DNA of 64,000 nt, taken from assembly GCA_951406725.2 (NCBI GenBank), contig OX597820.1, forward strand, positions 14,384,001 through 14,448,000. Direction: 5' to 3'. This DNA is from Octopus vulgaris (taxonomy: Eukaryota). This document shows positions 38,145 through 50,938 of this stretch, piece after piece; position 1 is the first letter of the stretch; each line of letters opens with the position of its first letter. Below the pieces are notes generated by a model. That model had not been told where the DNA came from, did not search any database, and worked only from the letters and a program-made list of their open reading frames with translations. The position numbers and the translations under genes are program-made.

Positions 38145-38175
<31 letters not shown>

Positions 38176-38245
38176 TACGACGGGCTTCTTTCAGTTTCCG
38201 TCTTCCAAAGACACTTGCCCAAGCTACTTACCACACAGCCACTCT
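37950..38245 (-). mobile_element. SINE family 1 copy with internal deletions
   Basis: CpG-rich young-looking tail; head shortened by two deletions. Confidence 0.85.
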
Positions 38246-38689
38246 TACTTAATTTCATATAAATAATGATATAATGTGTGTGTGTTTTGATATCTGTACA
38301 TAAAAGTGTGTGGGTAACTCGAAGTGTGTATGTATGGATGTGTGCGTGTTTATAAACGTTGACGGGTATATAGGAGTATGTATATTCACGGACATGTGTA
38401 AGAAAACGATGTGTGTGTGTTACAGTTTTGATGTGTCTTCTGGCTCTTTAAGTTCTGAGTTCAAATCTTGTCGAGGTCTACTTTCGGGGTCGATAGAATG
38501 AAATACTACTTCATAACTGAGGCCCCTTTTTAGCTCCTTTGCCCTAATCATCACCGTTTTCTTGTCCACACTTTAATATGTACATATTTACATACAGATA
38601 TGCACACACACACACGTATAACATTGATGGATGTTTAGATCTTAAATAATGATGATAGATACACGCATGTATAAAGCATATATGGATAG

Positions 38690-38746
<57 letters not shown>

Positions 38747-38789
38747 CAGGTGTATGTAGAACTATATATAAAGGTACATATGTACGCTT

Positions 38790-39010
38790 TTAGGCATACT
38801 TCAGAACTGTAACCGCACGTGAATTGTTGGTGATTTTTTCCTCATTTTTTTCCCCTTTATTTTGGGACTTCGCTGTTTCCGACGAAGAGCTATGCTCGAA
38901 GCGTTAACAACTCCCTCCTTTCACCGAGCGTCAAATTAATATATTTCTTGTGCACGTCTTCACGTTCGTTGTTTCTCTCTGTTCTTTAATTGTTTGTTCT
39001 TTGAATTGAC
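38790..39010 (+). mobile_element. Penelope-like repeat with degenerate hammerhead at 38876-38907
   Basis: ttt-CCGACGA-A-GAGC-tat-GCTC-GAAGCGTT-aac followed by a T-rich tract; embedded in (TA)n. Confidence 0.45.
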
Positions 39011-39064
39011 TATATATATATATATATATAAAATGTGTGAGTGTGTATGTATGTATGTATATAG

Positions 39065-39212
39065 GGTGTGTAGTAAGAAGCTTGCTTCCCAACGACATGG
39101 TTCCGGGTTCAGTCCCACTGCGTGTCACGTTGGGAAAGTGTCTTCTACTATAGCCTCGGGCCGAAGAAAGCATTGTGAGTGTATTTAGTAGACGGAAACT
39201 GAAAGAAGCCTG

Positions 39213-39249
<37 letters not shown>

Positions 39250-39392
39250 ACCAATGTTGGTGTGTTTATGTCTCCGTAACTTAGCAGTTTGGCAAAAGAG
39301 ACTGATAGAATAAGTCCTGGGGTCGATTTATTCCACTAAAGGCAGTGCTCCAGCATGGCCACAGTCATATGACTGAAACAAGTAAAAGAATA
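39065..39392 (+). mobile_element. SINE family 1 copy
   Basis: Head, core and tail match other copies. Confidence 0.85.
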
Positions 39393-39452
39393 AAATTATA
39401 TATATATATATACACACATACACTTACCCCTCCCCACAGATATGTATGTATA

Positions 39453-39493
<41 letters not shown>

Positions 39494-39870
39494 TCACGCA
39501 CATCGATCTACCCAGGTACATACACCTACCATAAGCTCAAAACATCAAAGACTATCTTAATTTTTCTGGAATGTCAAACTAATACACTTTGTTGTTCCAT
39601 CACCTGTCCTGTCTTTAGTATGATTATAAATCATATACCTGTGTGTGTGTGTGTGTATATGTATATATATATATTATATATGCACACACACTCACAGATT
39701 TAAAAGTTTTTGAAAAATATTGGATACAGTCACAATATTCAATGAAAAACTTTTTTCAAAGTAAACAATTTATTGAAAAAAATTATAGAGAAACCAGAAT
39801 GTCAAATGTTTTGCAAGACAGTTTTTGTGCTTTTGGTCAATTTTTGAAAAACACGTTCTGGATTGAATAT

Positions 39871-39904
<34 letters not shown>

Positions 39905-40254
39905 TGCTTTATAGATAGATATCTGCATAGTATAAGTAAAGATGCCATAATCCTTCATAATGTATAAACTCCTTAAGCATGATTAACTTGACGAGAATTA
40001 AGATCTCAGCGAACGATGACCCGAAAAAAAGCAGGATACAAGAGATTCGCAGGAAACAACAGACAAACATAAAACAAACCGTCACCTGTATACATTATCA
40101 ATAGCCTAATGGGTATCAGAATGGTTTTTACAGGTGTATATAACTATGGTTTTGTATGAGTATGCCTATCTATATACAGATGTATATATATATTTATGAG
40201 TATGTATGGATATGTGTGTATGTGTTTGTGTATTTACATGCTTATGTATGTATG

Positions 40255-40325
40255 TGTATATATAATTGGTATACATATAAATATATGTATATTATATATA
40301 GGTGTGTATATATAAATATAATTGG

Positions 40326-40356
<31 letters not shown>

Positions 40357-40490
40357 GGTATGCATATATATATATAATTGGTATGCATATATATATATAA
40401 TTGGTATGCATATATATATATAATTGGTATATATATATATATATAATTGGTATATATATATATAATTTGTATACATATATATATAATTGG

Positions 40491-40521
<31 letters not shown>

Positions 40522-40745
40522 GGTATATATATATATATAATTGGTATACATATATATATATAATTGGTATACATATATATATATAATTGGTATACATATA
40601 TATATATAATTGGTATACATATATATATATAATTGGTATACATATATATATATAATTGGTATACATATATATATATAATTGGTATACATATATATATATA
40701 TATAATTGATATACATACATATATATAATTGGTATACATATAAAT
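40255..40745. repeat. ~22-bp minisatellite (TATATATATAATTGGTATACA-type), ~20 copies
   Basis: taattggtat spaced by variable (TA)n. Confidence 0.92.
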
Positions 40746-41216
40746 ATATGTATAATATAGGTATATATATATATATATATATCAGATTGGAGCATGGCAT
40801 AGCCTACTGGCTTGCCAGTGCCCCGGTCAACGATGATGATGATATATGTAGATACAAGTTTGTTTATACATATATATATATCTATATATAGGTACACATT
40901 TGTTTATGAATATAGGTATATATATATTTAGGCACATCTATCTATCTGTCTCTCTGTACAGGTAGATTTATATGTATTTATGCTGTAAGAAAGGGTAAAA
41001 ATATATTAAAAAACCGTCTTGTGATTCAATGCTTATTTATTCTGGAATAGAATGAAATACTTTCTGTATGTACGTACATTTATATATATTCATATATGTT
41101 GGTACATGTAAATATATTTATGTAAGTACATATATATATACGTTTATATATATATATTTGTATATATACAACTACATTCATATATGCATTAGCACATGTG
41201 TATGTATGTATCTTTG

Positions 41217-41260
<44 letters not shown>

Positions 41261-41702
41261 TATATTTGTGTATATATAGGTACATTTATTTATGCATATA
41301 TATATAATATATGTGTGTGTGTATATATATAAATATGTATAAATACATGTATATATAAATATGTATAAATACATGTATATAAATATATATATATGTATAA
41401 ATACATGTATATAAATATATATAAATGTATAAATACATATATATAAATGTATATAAATGTATAAATACATATATATATATATAAATGTATAAATACATAT
41501 ATATAAATGTATAAATACATATGTATAAATACATATATATAAATGTATATATACATATATACATATATATAATATATAAATATATATACATATATATATA
41601 ACACAAATATATATACATATAAATACATATATATATAAATATATACATGTATCTGTATATAATATATATATATATATATAAATGTATACATATATCTGTA
41701 TA

Positions 41703-41740
<38 letters not shown>

Positions 41741-42842
41741 CATAAATATAAATACACACATGCATAAATATAAATACACACATGCATATGTAAATTATAT
41801 ATATACATATACATATATGCATGCAGGTGTGCAGGTAGGTACCTGTATATATTTATGCATATACAGTAGGTACATCATACACCTGTTTATGTATAAAGGA
41901 AGAGTTTCATGTATTCCTGAACTATTTAAACTTTATGTCACTTTGTAATGTTTGTGAAACAAAAACAAAAAAATTATATATTGTTCATTTGTATAATTGT
42001 TTTCCGCTTCTTTTTATACATACATACATACATATATATGTGTGTGTGTTTGTGTGCATGCTTGATATGCATGTAAGAATATTAAACATATTACGTGAAT
42101 ATAAATAAAACTTTATATATGTGTATTGGTACGTTATACATGTATGTTTAAGTGCTAACAAATATATATGAACAAGTGTTTATACACACACATATTATGC
42201 ATGTATACATGTTTAGACACTTCAAAATACACCTATAATTACATACATATATAAATATATATATATCATGTTTTCATTTTAATATAAAAATGCATTATAT
42301 ATACACATATGTGTGTATACATTTCTTCATTTTTCATATATATATATATATGTGTGTGTGTGTGCATGCATCAATATCTTCTCTCTCACTCTCTCTCATA
42401 TATATACACATTACATATATATATATATATATAATGTGTATATATAGATAGAGGGAGATATAGATAAATATATATGTATGTAATGTCCATACATGAATAT
42501 ATATGTTTGTACTTTTATGTTAGTAGATATATACTGAATATATAATTTTGCTAGGTGTGTGTATTGAAATTTGTTCATAGATATGTCATGTTTATATAGA
42601 AAAAAAATCCATGCCCTCAGGCTTTGCTATGAGATCCTTGCCTTAGGTTTCATGTAACAGGACTAACTCATAAAACACGTGGCGGCAGACAAACTTCTTA
42701 AGCACACAGATACATCTATGATTGTTTTACTAATGTGTGTGTGTGTGTGTGCATACATATATTTCTAAATCTGTGCATATTTGTATATGTGTATCTACAT
42801 ATGCATATATGCATGATATATATATATATGTTGCATTTTCTG

Positions 42843-42881
<39 letters not shown>

Positions 42882-42985
42882 CATTTTCTGAATCTTCAGA
42901 TTTTTTCTATATGCTAGACCACTGGTTTTAAATTAATATTAATCAAATTAATATTCAATTTTTCACCCTTATTATTTAAAATTTA

Positions 42986-43037
<52 letters not shown>

Positions 43038-43122
43038 TATATAAGAAACATATTGGTATGTATGAGTTTTCCAATGCATATGTATATATACATAGATACA
43101 TACATACATGTGTGTGTATATT

Positions 43123-43165
<43 letters not shown>

Positions 43166-43445
43166 ATATATACATATAGTTTCATTCTCATGCATGTGTA
43201 TATAAGTATTGTTATGCATCCATATAAAAATATATGTATATCATATTGATATTTGAATTTATGTCAACTTATAAGAACCTTTGAACATTAAACTCTTTTG
43301 TAGAGTACATATTTATTAGACTTTCGGAAGATGTGGGCTGACAGTGACTTTGAAGTACCAACCTGCTGGCCATCTTTGAACAGTGCAACAAACTTTAGCT
43401 GGCTGAAATTACTTAATCACTGCCAACCTCTTCTGCTAAAAATAG

Positions 43446-43478
<33 letters not shown>

Positions 43479-43665
43479 CTTTTCTTCCTAACTGGTTTAA
43501 GCCAGAGGGTTGTGGTCATGCTGGGGCATTGCGTTTAAAGTGATCAGTTTTTATTTCATGCTTGCTTCTCTGCATTCTTTGTGGAAGTGTTTTTGGTGAA
43601 GGATCGAGTTGGACAGAGCTGCTCTTCTTTATTCTCCATGCTGCAGTGCGGGTTCATCTGGTACC

Positions 43666-43696
<31 letters not shown>

Positions 43697-43715
43697 TATA
43701 TATATATAGGTATAC

Positions 43716-43757
<42 letters not shown>

Positions 43758-43770
43758 TAGATATAGATAT

Positions 43771-43944
<174 letters not shown>

Positions 43945-44012
43945 CGATGATGATGATGATGATGATGATAATATATATATATAATATTATATATATATAT
44001 AATATATATATA

Positions 44013-44086
<74 letters not shown>

Positions 44087-44129
44087 TACATGTATATATA
44101 CATGTTTGTGTGTATGTATATATATGTGT

Positions 44130-44280
44130 GTGCTGTGTGGTAAGTAGCTTGCTTACCAACCACATGGTTCCGGATTGAGTCCCACTGCGTGGCAACTTGG
44201 GCAAGTGTCTTCTACTTTAAACCTCAGGCCTACTAGAGCCTTGAGTGGATTTGGTTGACGGAAACTGAAAGAAGCTCACC

Positions 44281-44336
<56 letters not shown>

Positions 44337-44535
44337 TTGTGTGTCTATGTTTGTCCTCCCAACATCACTTGACAACCGATGCTGGTGTGTTTACATCCCT
44401 TTAACTTAGTGGTTTAGCAAAAGATACCAATAAATTAAGTACTAGGCTTACAAAGAATAAATCCTGGGGTCGATTTGCTCGACTAAAGGCAGTGCTCCAG
44501 CATGGCTGCAGTCGAAATGACTGAAACAGATAAAA
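44130..44535 (+). mobile_element. SINE family 1 copy
   Basis: Near full-length match. Confidence 0.85.
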
Positions 44536-44865
44536 ATATATACATGTGTGTGTGTATGTGTATGTATGTTATATTGTGTGACGGTCTTTTTATCAAGGAA
44601 ATCATGCATGACTTCTTTTTATTGTTAATAATTGATTAAAGACATGACCAATTAAGCCTTGGATACTGTCACTAACCATTTGATTGCTCAAGCAAAGCCT
44701 GTAAGGAGAGATGCTTATGTATAAATATAGGTAGGTCTTCATGGTGTGTGGTTTCTATGTGTTGACACTCATAATCATACATATTCATAAATATACATTT
44801 ACATAATTGAATATCAATGTGTTTATTTAACCACTTAATATGGTTAAATAAATATATTATTCACT

Positions 44866-44903
<38 letters not shown>

Positions 44904-45446
44904 CTTTTCTTCCTAACTGGTTTAAGCCAGAGGGTTGTATTATGTGCTTCTGATTTGGATTCCTTTGTGATTTGCTAGCCGGGTCCAGCTGAGGAGCTTT
45001 CTGTGATAACCATAGAATTCTCTGAATCAGTATATTACTCACACATATGTATGTATATGTGTGTGTATGCATATGTGTATGAGTGTGTGTTTGGATCTCT
45101 TTGTCTCAGCATCAGATGACAGATGTAAAATAATTGTCAGTGTCACATATTTGGTGTCATTCATTTTTAATGTCTTGCATGAACATGTCCAACCCTGGGG
45201 AAATACTGCTTTGCTTGGAAACGGGTGAGGGTTGGCGACAGGGAGGGCATCTAACCATAGTAAGTCTGCTTCAATAGACTCTTGTCTGACCCATGATAAC
45301 ATGGAAAAGTGAATGTTAAAACTATGATGTATTCACATATACATATGCATGTTTATAGATGTATATATGTATTATATTATATGATCGAACACCACATATC
45401 CATTTCCAAGTAAGTTTTATCTATATATATATACACACACACATAC

Positions 45447-46039
45447 AGGTGCACAAGTGGATGTGGTAAGTAGCTTGCTTACCAATCACATGGTTCTGGG
45501 TTCAGTCCCACTGCATGGCAATTTGAGCAAGTGTCTTCTACTATAGCCTCAGGTCGACCAAAGCCTTGTGAGTGGATTTGGTTGATGGAAACTGAAAGAA
45601 GCCTGCTGTATATATGTGTGTGTGTGTGTGTGTGTGTATGTCCAACATCACTTGACTACCGATGCTGGTGTGTTTACATCTCTGTAACTTAGTGGTTCTG
45701 CAAAAGAGACCGATAGAATAAGTACTAGGTTTACAAAGAATAAGTCCTGGAAATAATTTATTCGACTAAAGACGGTGCTCCTGCATGGCCACAGTTAAAA
45801 TGATTGAAACAAGTAACATGTGTTTGGGAAGGAAGATTCTTACCACACAGCCACGCTTGCCCCTATGTATATATACGTTATATATATATGGATATAGATT
45901 GTTTGAAGTGGTGTACAGATTTTACTTAGGAAAATGTGACATTCGGGATTTGGATAAAAACTGTGAAGCACTTTTGTCCTGTAAATAAATAGCTTTTATC
46001 CGAATGCAGACTTTCCTTTTCCTTCACACAATATATATA

Positions 46040-46083
<44 letters not shown>

Positions 46084-46258
46084 TGCATACATACGACAGG
46101 CTTCTTTCAGTTTCTGTGTACCAAATCCACTCACAAGGCTTTTGTTGGTCCAAGGCTATAGTAGAAGACAGTTGCCCAAGGTGCCACGCAGTGGGACTGA
46201 ACCCGGAACCATGTGGTTGGTAAGCAAGCTACTTACTACGCAGCCATTCCTGTGCCTG
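45447..46258. mobile_element. Inverted pair of family-1 SINEs (45447-45815 plus; 46090-46258 minus)
   Basis: Head and core regions are reverse complements of each other. Confidence 0.85.
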
Positions 46259-46441
46259 TATATATGTTCTTTTATACATTTCAGTCCTAAGGCTGTTTCC
46301 ATGATGGGGCACCCCAAGTAAAAAAGTTGTCAGAAGGTGGCCACAGGACTTGAAATCTGTACCCCTAAGATTCCAGCTGATTGCTCTAACTATTAAGCTA
46401 AACAACCTCCATTTGTGTGTGTATACACACACATACACACT

Positions 46442-46486
<45 letters not shown>

Positions 46487-47364
46487 TCTATATTTAGATG
46501 TCTTTATATGCATATATGTCCACATGTATTTCTGTAAGCAACTGATTGTGTATTTATGTGTGTTTGAATACATTTAAGTCTATGTATATGTAATCTGCTT
46601 AAGCTAAATGTCTGATTTAATCAATAGTAGGGGTTAACAGCGTAAATGTATGTGATATCGGAAATATTTATACTCTATGTTGAACACGATAACCAGTAAC
46701 CAAATTATAGGAAATACTATAAAGGTCACATATTTATGTAAAATGTAAATAATTTCTAAAATTATTGAAAGTTACCGTGGAGACAGAAATTTTGGAAAAG
46801 ACAGTTCTGTAAATCATTAAATTCGTTCACCTATGGTTGATGACACACAGACTCAATATGCTGGAGATTTTCCATGCTTGCATGGGATGGACAGTGTTTG
46901 TTGGGGTAGATTTCCTATGGCTGGATGCTCTTCCTGTTGTCAACACTTACCTGTTTCCAAGTAAGGTCGTTTTTCTTCATGCCTGGATGTGTTTTCTTAA
47001 AAGATTGGAGACAAAGGACACTGCTTGTATGTTGGTGACACTCGTTTACAATATGTGCAAGATGCCAAGACAAACACCAACTCTCTCTCTCTCACACTTG
47101 TATACATGCATATATATATATATATACATATGCACACACACATATGGTAGGCTTCTTTTAGTTTCTGTCTACTAAATCCACTTATAAAGGTTTTGGTTAG
47201 AAGGGGACTAGGGGACTATAGTAGAAGACACTTGCCTAAGGTACCACATAGTAGGATTGAACCCATAACCAAGTAGGTTGGGAAGCCGGCTTCTTAACTA
47301 CAGAACCACTCTGTGCCTTTAAAGGGTAGAGATGATAAATTGTCATTTGGAATCAAAATCAGAC

Positions 47365-47817
47365 GATGAGCTGGCAGAATCGTTAGCATGCCGAGCAAAA
47401 TGCTTAGCAGCGTTTTGTTCACCTTTATGTTCTGAGTTCTAATTCCACTGAGGTTGACTTTGCCTTTCATCCTTCCAGGGTCGATAAAATAAGTACCAGT
47501 TGAGTACTAAGGTTGATGTAATCGACTCATCCCCTACCCCAAAATTTCTGCCCATGAAGCAAAATTTGAAACCATTATTATTATTATTATTATTATTATT
47601 AAGGCAGCAAGCTGGCGGGATCATTAGCCTGCTGGGCAAAATGCTTAGGGGTATTTCACCTGTTGCTACCTTCTGAGTTTAAATTCCGCCAAGGTCGCCT
47701 TTGCTTTTCATCCTTTCAGGGTCGATAAATTAAGTACTTGTTGAACACTGGGGTTGATGTAATCGACTAGCCCCCTCTCCCAAAATGTCGGGCCTTGTGC
47801 CTATAGCAGAAAGAATT
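47365..47817 (+). mobile_element. Two tandem family-2 SINEs separated by (ATT)n
   Basis: gagctggcagaatcgttagc and aagctggcgggatcattagc heads with the shared core. Confidence 0.85.
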
Positions 47818-48100
47818 ATGAATCAGTATAACTATGATGTTTCACTGTTCATTACCCCCTCCCCCCAATCCTACAGAAATCCCAGGTGATTGAAGGGGGA
47901 CTGGGTCAATAACAGGTGGGTCAAGATCAACAATAGCCTTAACAGCTGCTGCAGCATTTGGGACAAACTGGCCTGAAGATTTAGTGAAGTTTCAGTCGTT
48001 TACTTTGTTAATACCAATTTTAGATAATGAGTGGCATTAAACCTTCAGCATTGAGAATTCTCTGTCAAATGTAATACTTATTTATTCATATTGTTTTGAA

Positions 48101-48575
48101 TTAACCCTTTCGTTGCCAACCCTGCTGAAACCAGCTCTGAGTACAAATGTCTTGTTTTCATAAGTTCTAAATTAAAATCTTCTACCAAATCTTAGTCACA
48201 AGTTATGTTCTTAACACTAGCTGAATGATAGCTGAGTTATTTTACTAAATTCTTTGTTATATTTAAAATTAATTGAAAGAAACACAGAGCATCTCAACAG
48301 AAATACAGTAATGAAAGGGTTAAAATATATAATAGAGAAACAATTCTTAACCCCTTTGATATCAACCTGGCTGAAATTGCTTCTGATTCTGTAGTACAAA
48401 TGTCTTGTTTTCATAAGTTCTAAATTAAAATCTTCCACCAAACTTTAGTCACAATTTATGTTCCTAACACTAGCTTAATGATAACTAAGTTAGTTTACTA
48501 AATTCTTTGTTATATTTAAAATTAATTGAAAGAAACACAGAGCATCTCAACAGAAATACAGTAACAAAAGGGTGA
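48101..48575. mobile_element. Two adjacent piggyBac-like TTAA MITEs (~225 bp each)
   Basis: TTAA-ccctttcgtt ... aatgaaaggg-TTAA (48101-48324) and TTAA-cccctttgat ... aacaaaaggg-tgaa (48347-48575), with near-identical interiors. Confidence 0.85.
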
Positions 48576-49640
48576 AATTTCCATGTTGTGATTGTTCACT
48601 TTCACAATGACATTTTTTCTTCGTCTGTTAACCCTTTTGTGTTTTCTGTGTGGCCCATTTGCTAAACAGGACAGATTCCCCTGGCATCCATGGACCCTGG
48701 TTGAGAACCAATGTCATAGACTCTTGGAAGCTATGTTTATATATCTGTTAAGGCACAGACATGATTCATCATCATGATCATCATTATCATTTAACGTCCA
48801 CTTTCCATGCTGGCATGGGTTTGACGGTTTGACCAGAGCTGGTAAGCTGAGGAGCTGCTTTATACTCTAACCTGATTTGTTCCAATTTCTACAGCTGGAT
48901 GCCCTTCCTAATACCAACCACTGTGTGAGTGCAATGGGTTTCAGTTATGTGACACCAGTGTCTATCATGACCATGATTTCACTTGGTTTGATGGGTCTTC
49001 TACTGAAGCGTGGCATATTGCCAAAGGCCTTGGTCATTTGTCATTGCCACCATGAGACAATGACAAATGTGTGGTTAAACAGCTTGCATCCCAACTATGT
49101 AGTCTTGGGTTTAGTCCCACTATGTGGTACCTTCGTTAAGAGTTTTCTATTTTAGCCCCGGACCAATCAAAGTGTTAGGAAACTGTAAGAAGCTTGTTGT
49201 GTGTATGTGTTTGTGTGCGCTCTTCCCATGACATCATGTAATGGTTGTAAATGAGCATCATCATCATAAAGGTGAATTTGTTTGTTTCCAGTCTTCCATG
49301 AAAACCATCTCCGTTTACAAGGAATTACTACTTTCCTTGGAAGCAGGTGAGGGTTGGTGACAGGAAGAGCATCTGGACTGTAGAAAATCTGCCTCAAAAA
49401 TTTCGATTTGACCAAGGTGCCACACAGTGAGAGCAGACCCCAAACCATGTGGTTGGGAAGCAACACAGTCATGCCTGCACAAATATATATATATATTGCG
49501 AGGATGATCCGGTTCTTGACTGAGGATAAAATGTTTCGAATGACCCGTCCGTATTTTTTTGTATCGTCTATTTGGATGTTTTGTTGTCCCTTTTTGTATC
49601 ACCTAGTTGTTCGGGTGTTTTGCGTTCTTGTCCCATTTTG

Positions 49641-49682
<42 letters not shown>

Positions 49683-50289
49683 GTTTTATACAGCTTTTCC
49701 ATACTTGCATGGGTTGGACAACTCATTGCTGTACTCCTAGATATACTAGAGGACATGTCACTTGTAAGTTGCATTTTAGCTTGGTTTCTATCACTGGATG
49801 CCATTCCTAACTCCAATCTCTCTCACACACACACACATTGTGAACCCATGTTAAAGTGTACCCCACTTTAAATTAGAAATCAGATAAACCAGATGATACT
49901 TGAATTAACAAGTGACTGGCAGTGTTGACGTCTATCACCATCCTGTGTATGTATCAGTGTTGTAGATGTCTGTATTCTAGGTATGTTTGTTGTGTGCTGC
50001 ACATCCAAAGATTGTAAATTCGTTATAAATATCAAGCTCACTCGATAATATAATTATAGATCATAGTGGGGAAAACTAATTTTTCTTGTTCCTTGTCATG
50101 AAATGTTGAAGTGGTACTGCACACAACTAGATGTATTCGTAGTGAGCAGGAAAGTAACAAATATAAGAATAAAAAATAAGCAACATGTCATCAGTTAATT
50201 ATTCATTTTTTCACTCCTTTCTAAGAATTACACTCATCATTCTAGCACCCAGCTGCAATCTTCTCCAACTAATTAGTTTCCTCATTCAT

Positions 50290-50938
50290 CGCCCCCTTTC
50301 TAGTGTGATCATTGACAGAGCGGCTAATCGGCTTCCGTGTCAGTGGCACATAAAAGGGTACCATTCGAGTGTGATCGTTACCAGAGTCGCCTTACTGGCA
50401 CTTGTGCCTGTGCTTGTAGGGTTCCAAGAGCACCATCAGAGCGTGATCGTTGCCAGAGCAGCCAGCTGGCTTCTGTACCCGTGGCACGTAAAAGGGCACC
50501 ATTCGAGTGTGATCGTTACCAGCGTTGCTTTACTGGCACTTGTTCCTGTGCTAGTAGGGTGCCAAGAGCACCATCCGAGCATGAACGTTGCCAGAGCAGC
50601 CAACTGGCTTCCGTGCCAGTGGAGCATAAAAGGGCTCCATTCGAGCGTGATCGTTACCAACGTAGCTTCACTGACACCTGTGCCGGTGGCATGTGTAAAA
50701 AGATTCGAGCGAGGTCATTGCCAGTACCGCCTGACTGGCCCCCATGCCGGTGGCATGTAAAAAGCACCCACTACACTCTCGGAGTGGTTGGCGTTAGGAA
50801 GGGCATCCAGCTGTAGAAACTCTGACAGATCAAGATTGGAGCCTGGTGCAGCCATCTGGTTCGCCAGCCTTCAGTCAAAATCGTCCAACCCATGCTAGCA
50901 TGGTAAGCGGACGTTAAACAACGATGATGATGATGATC
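50290..50938 (+). mobile_element. Family-3 tail with a 138-bp repeat (~3 copies, each of two related subunits)
   Basis: cattcgag(t/c)gtgatcgttacca at 50362, 50500 and 50638, then a well-preserved tail ending in (GAT)n. Confidence 0.85.

Noticed and set aside
49515-49552. Hammerhead-like CTGAGGA...CGAA...GTC
   Set aside because: No convincing stem II, and GAAT replaces the required GAAA.
50185-50816. 191-aa and 159-aa repetitive ORFs
   Set aside because: They are by-products of the 138-bp repeat in a retroelement tail and are open in several frames.
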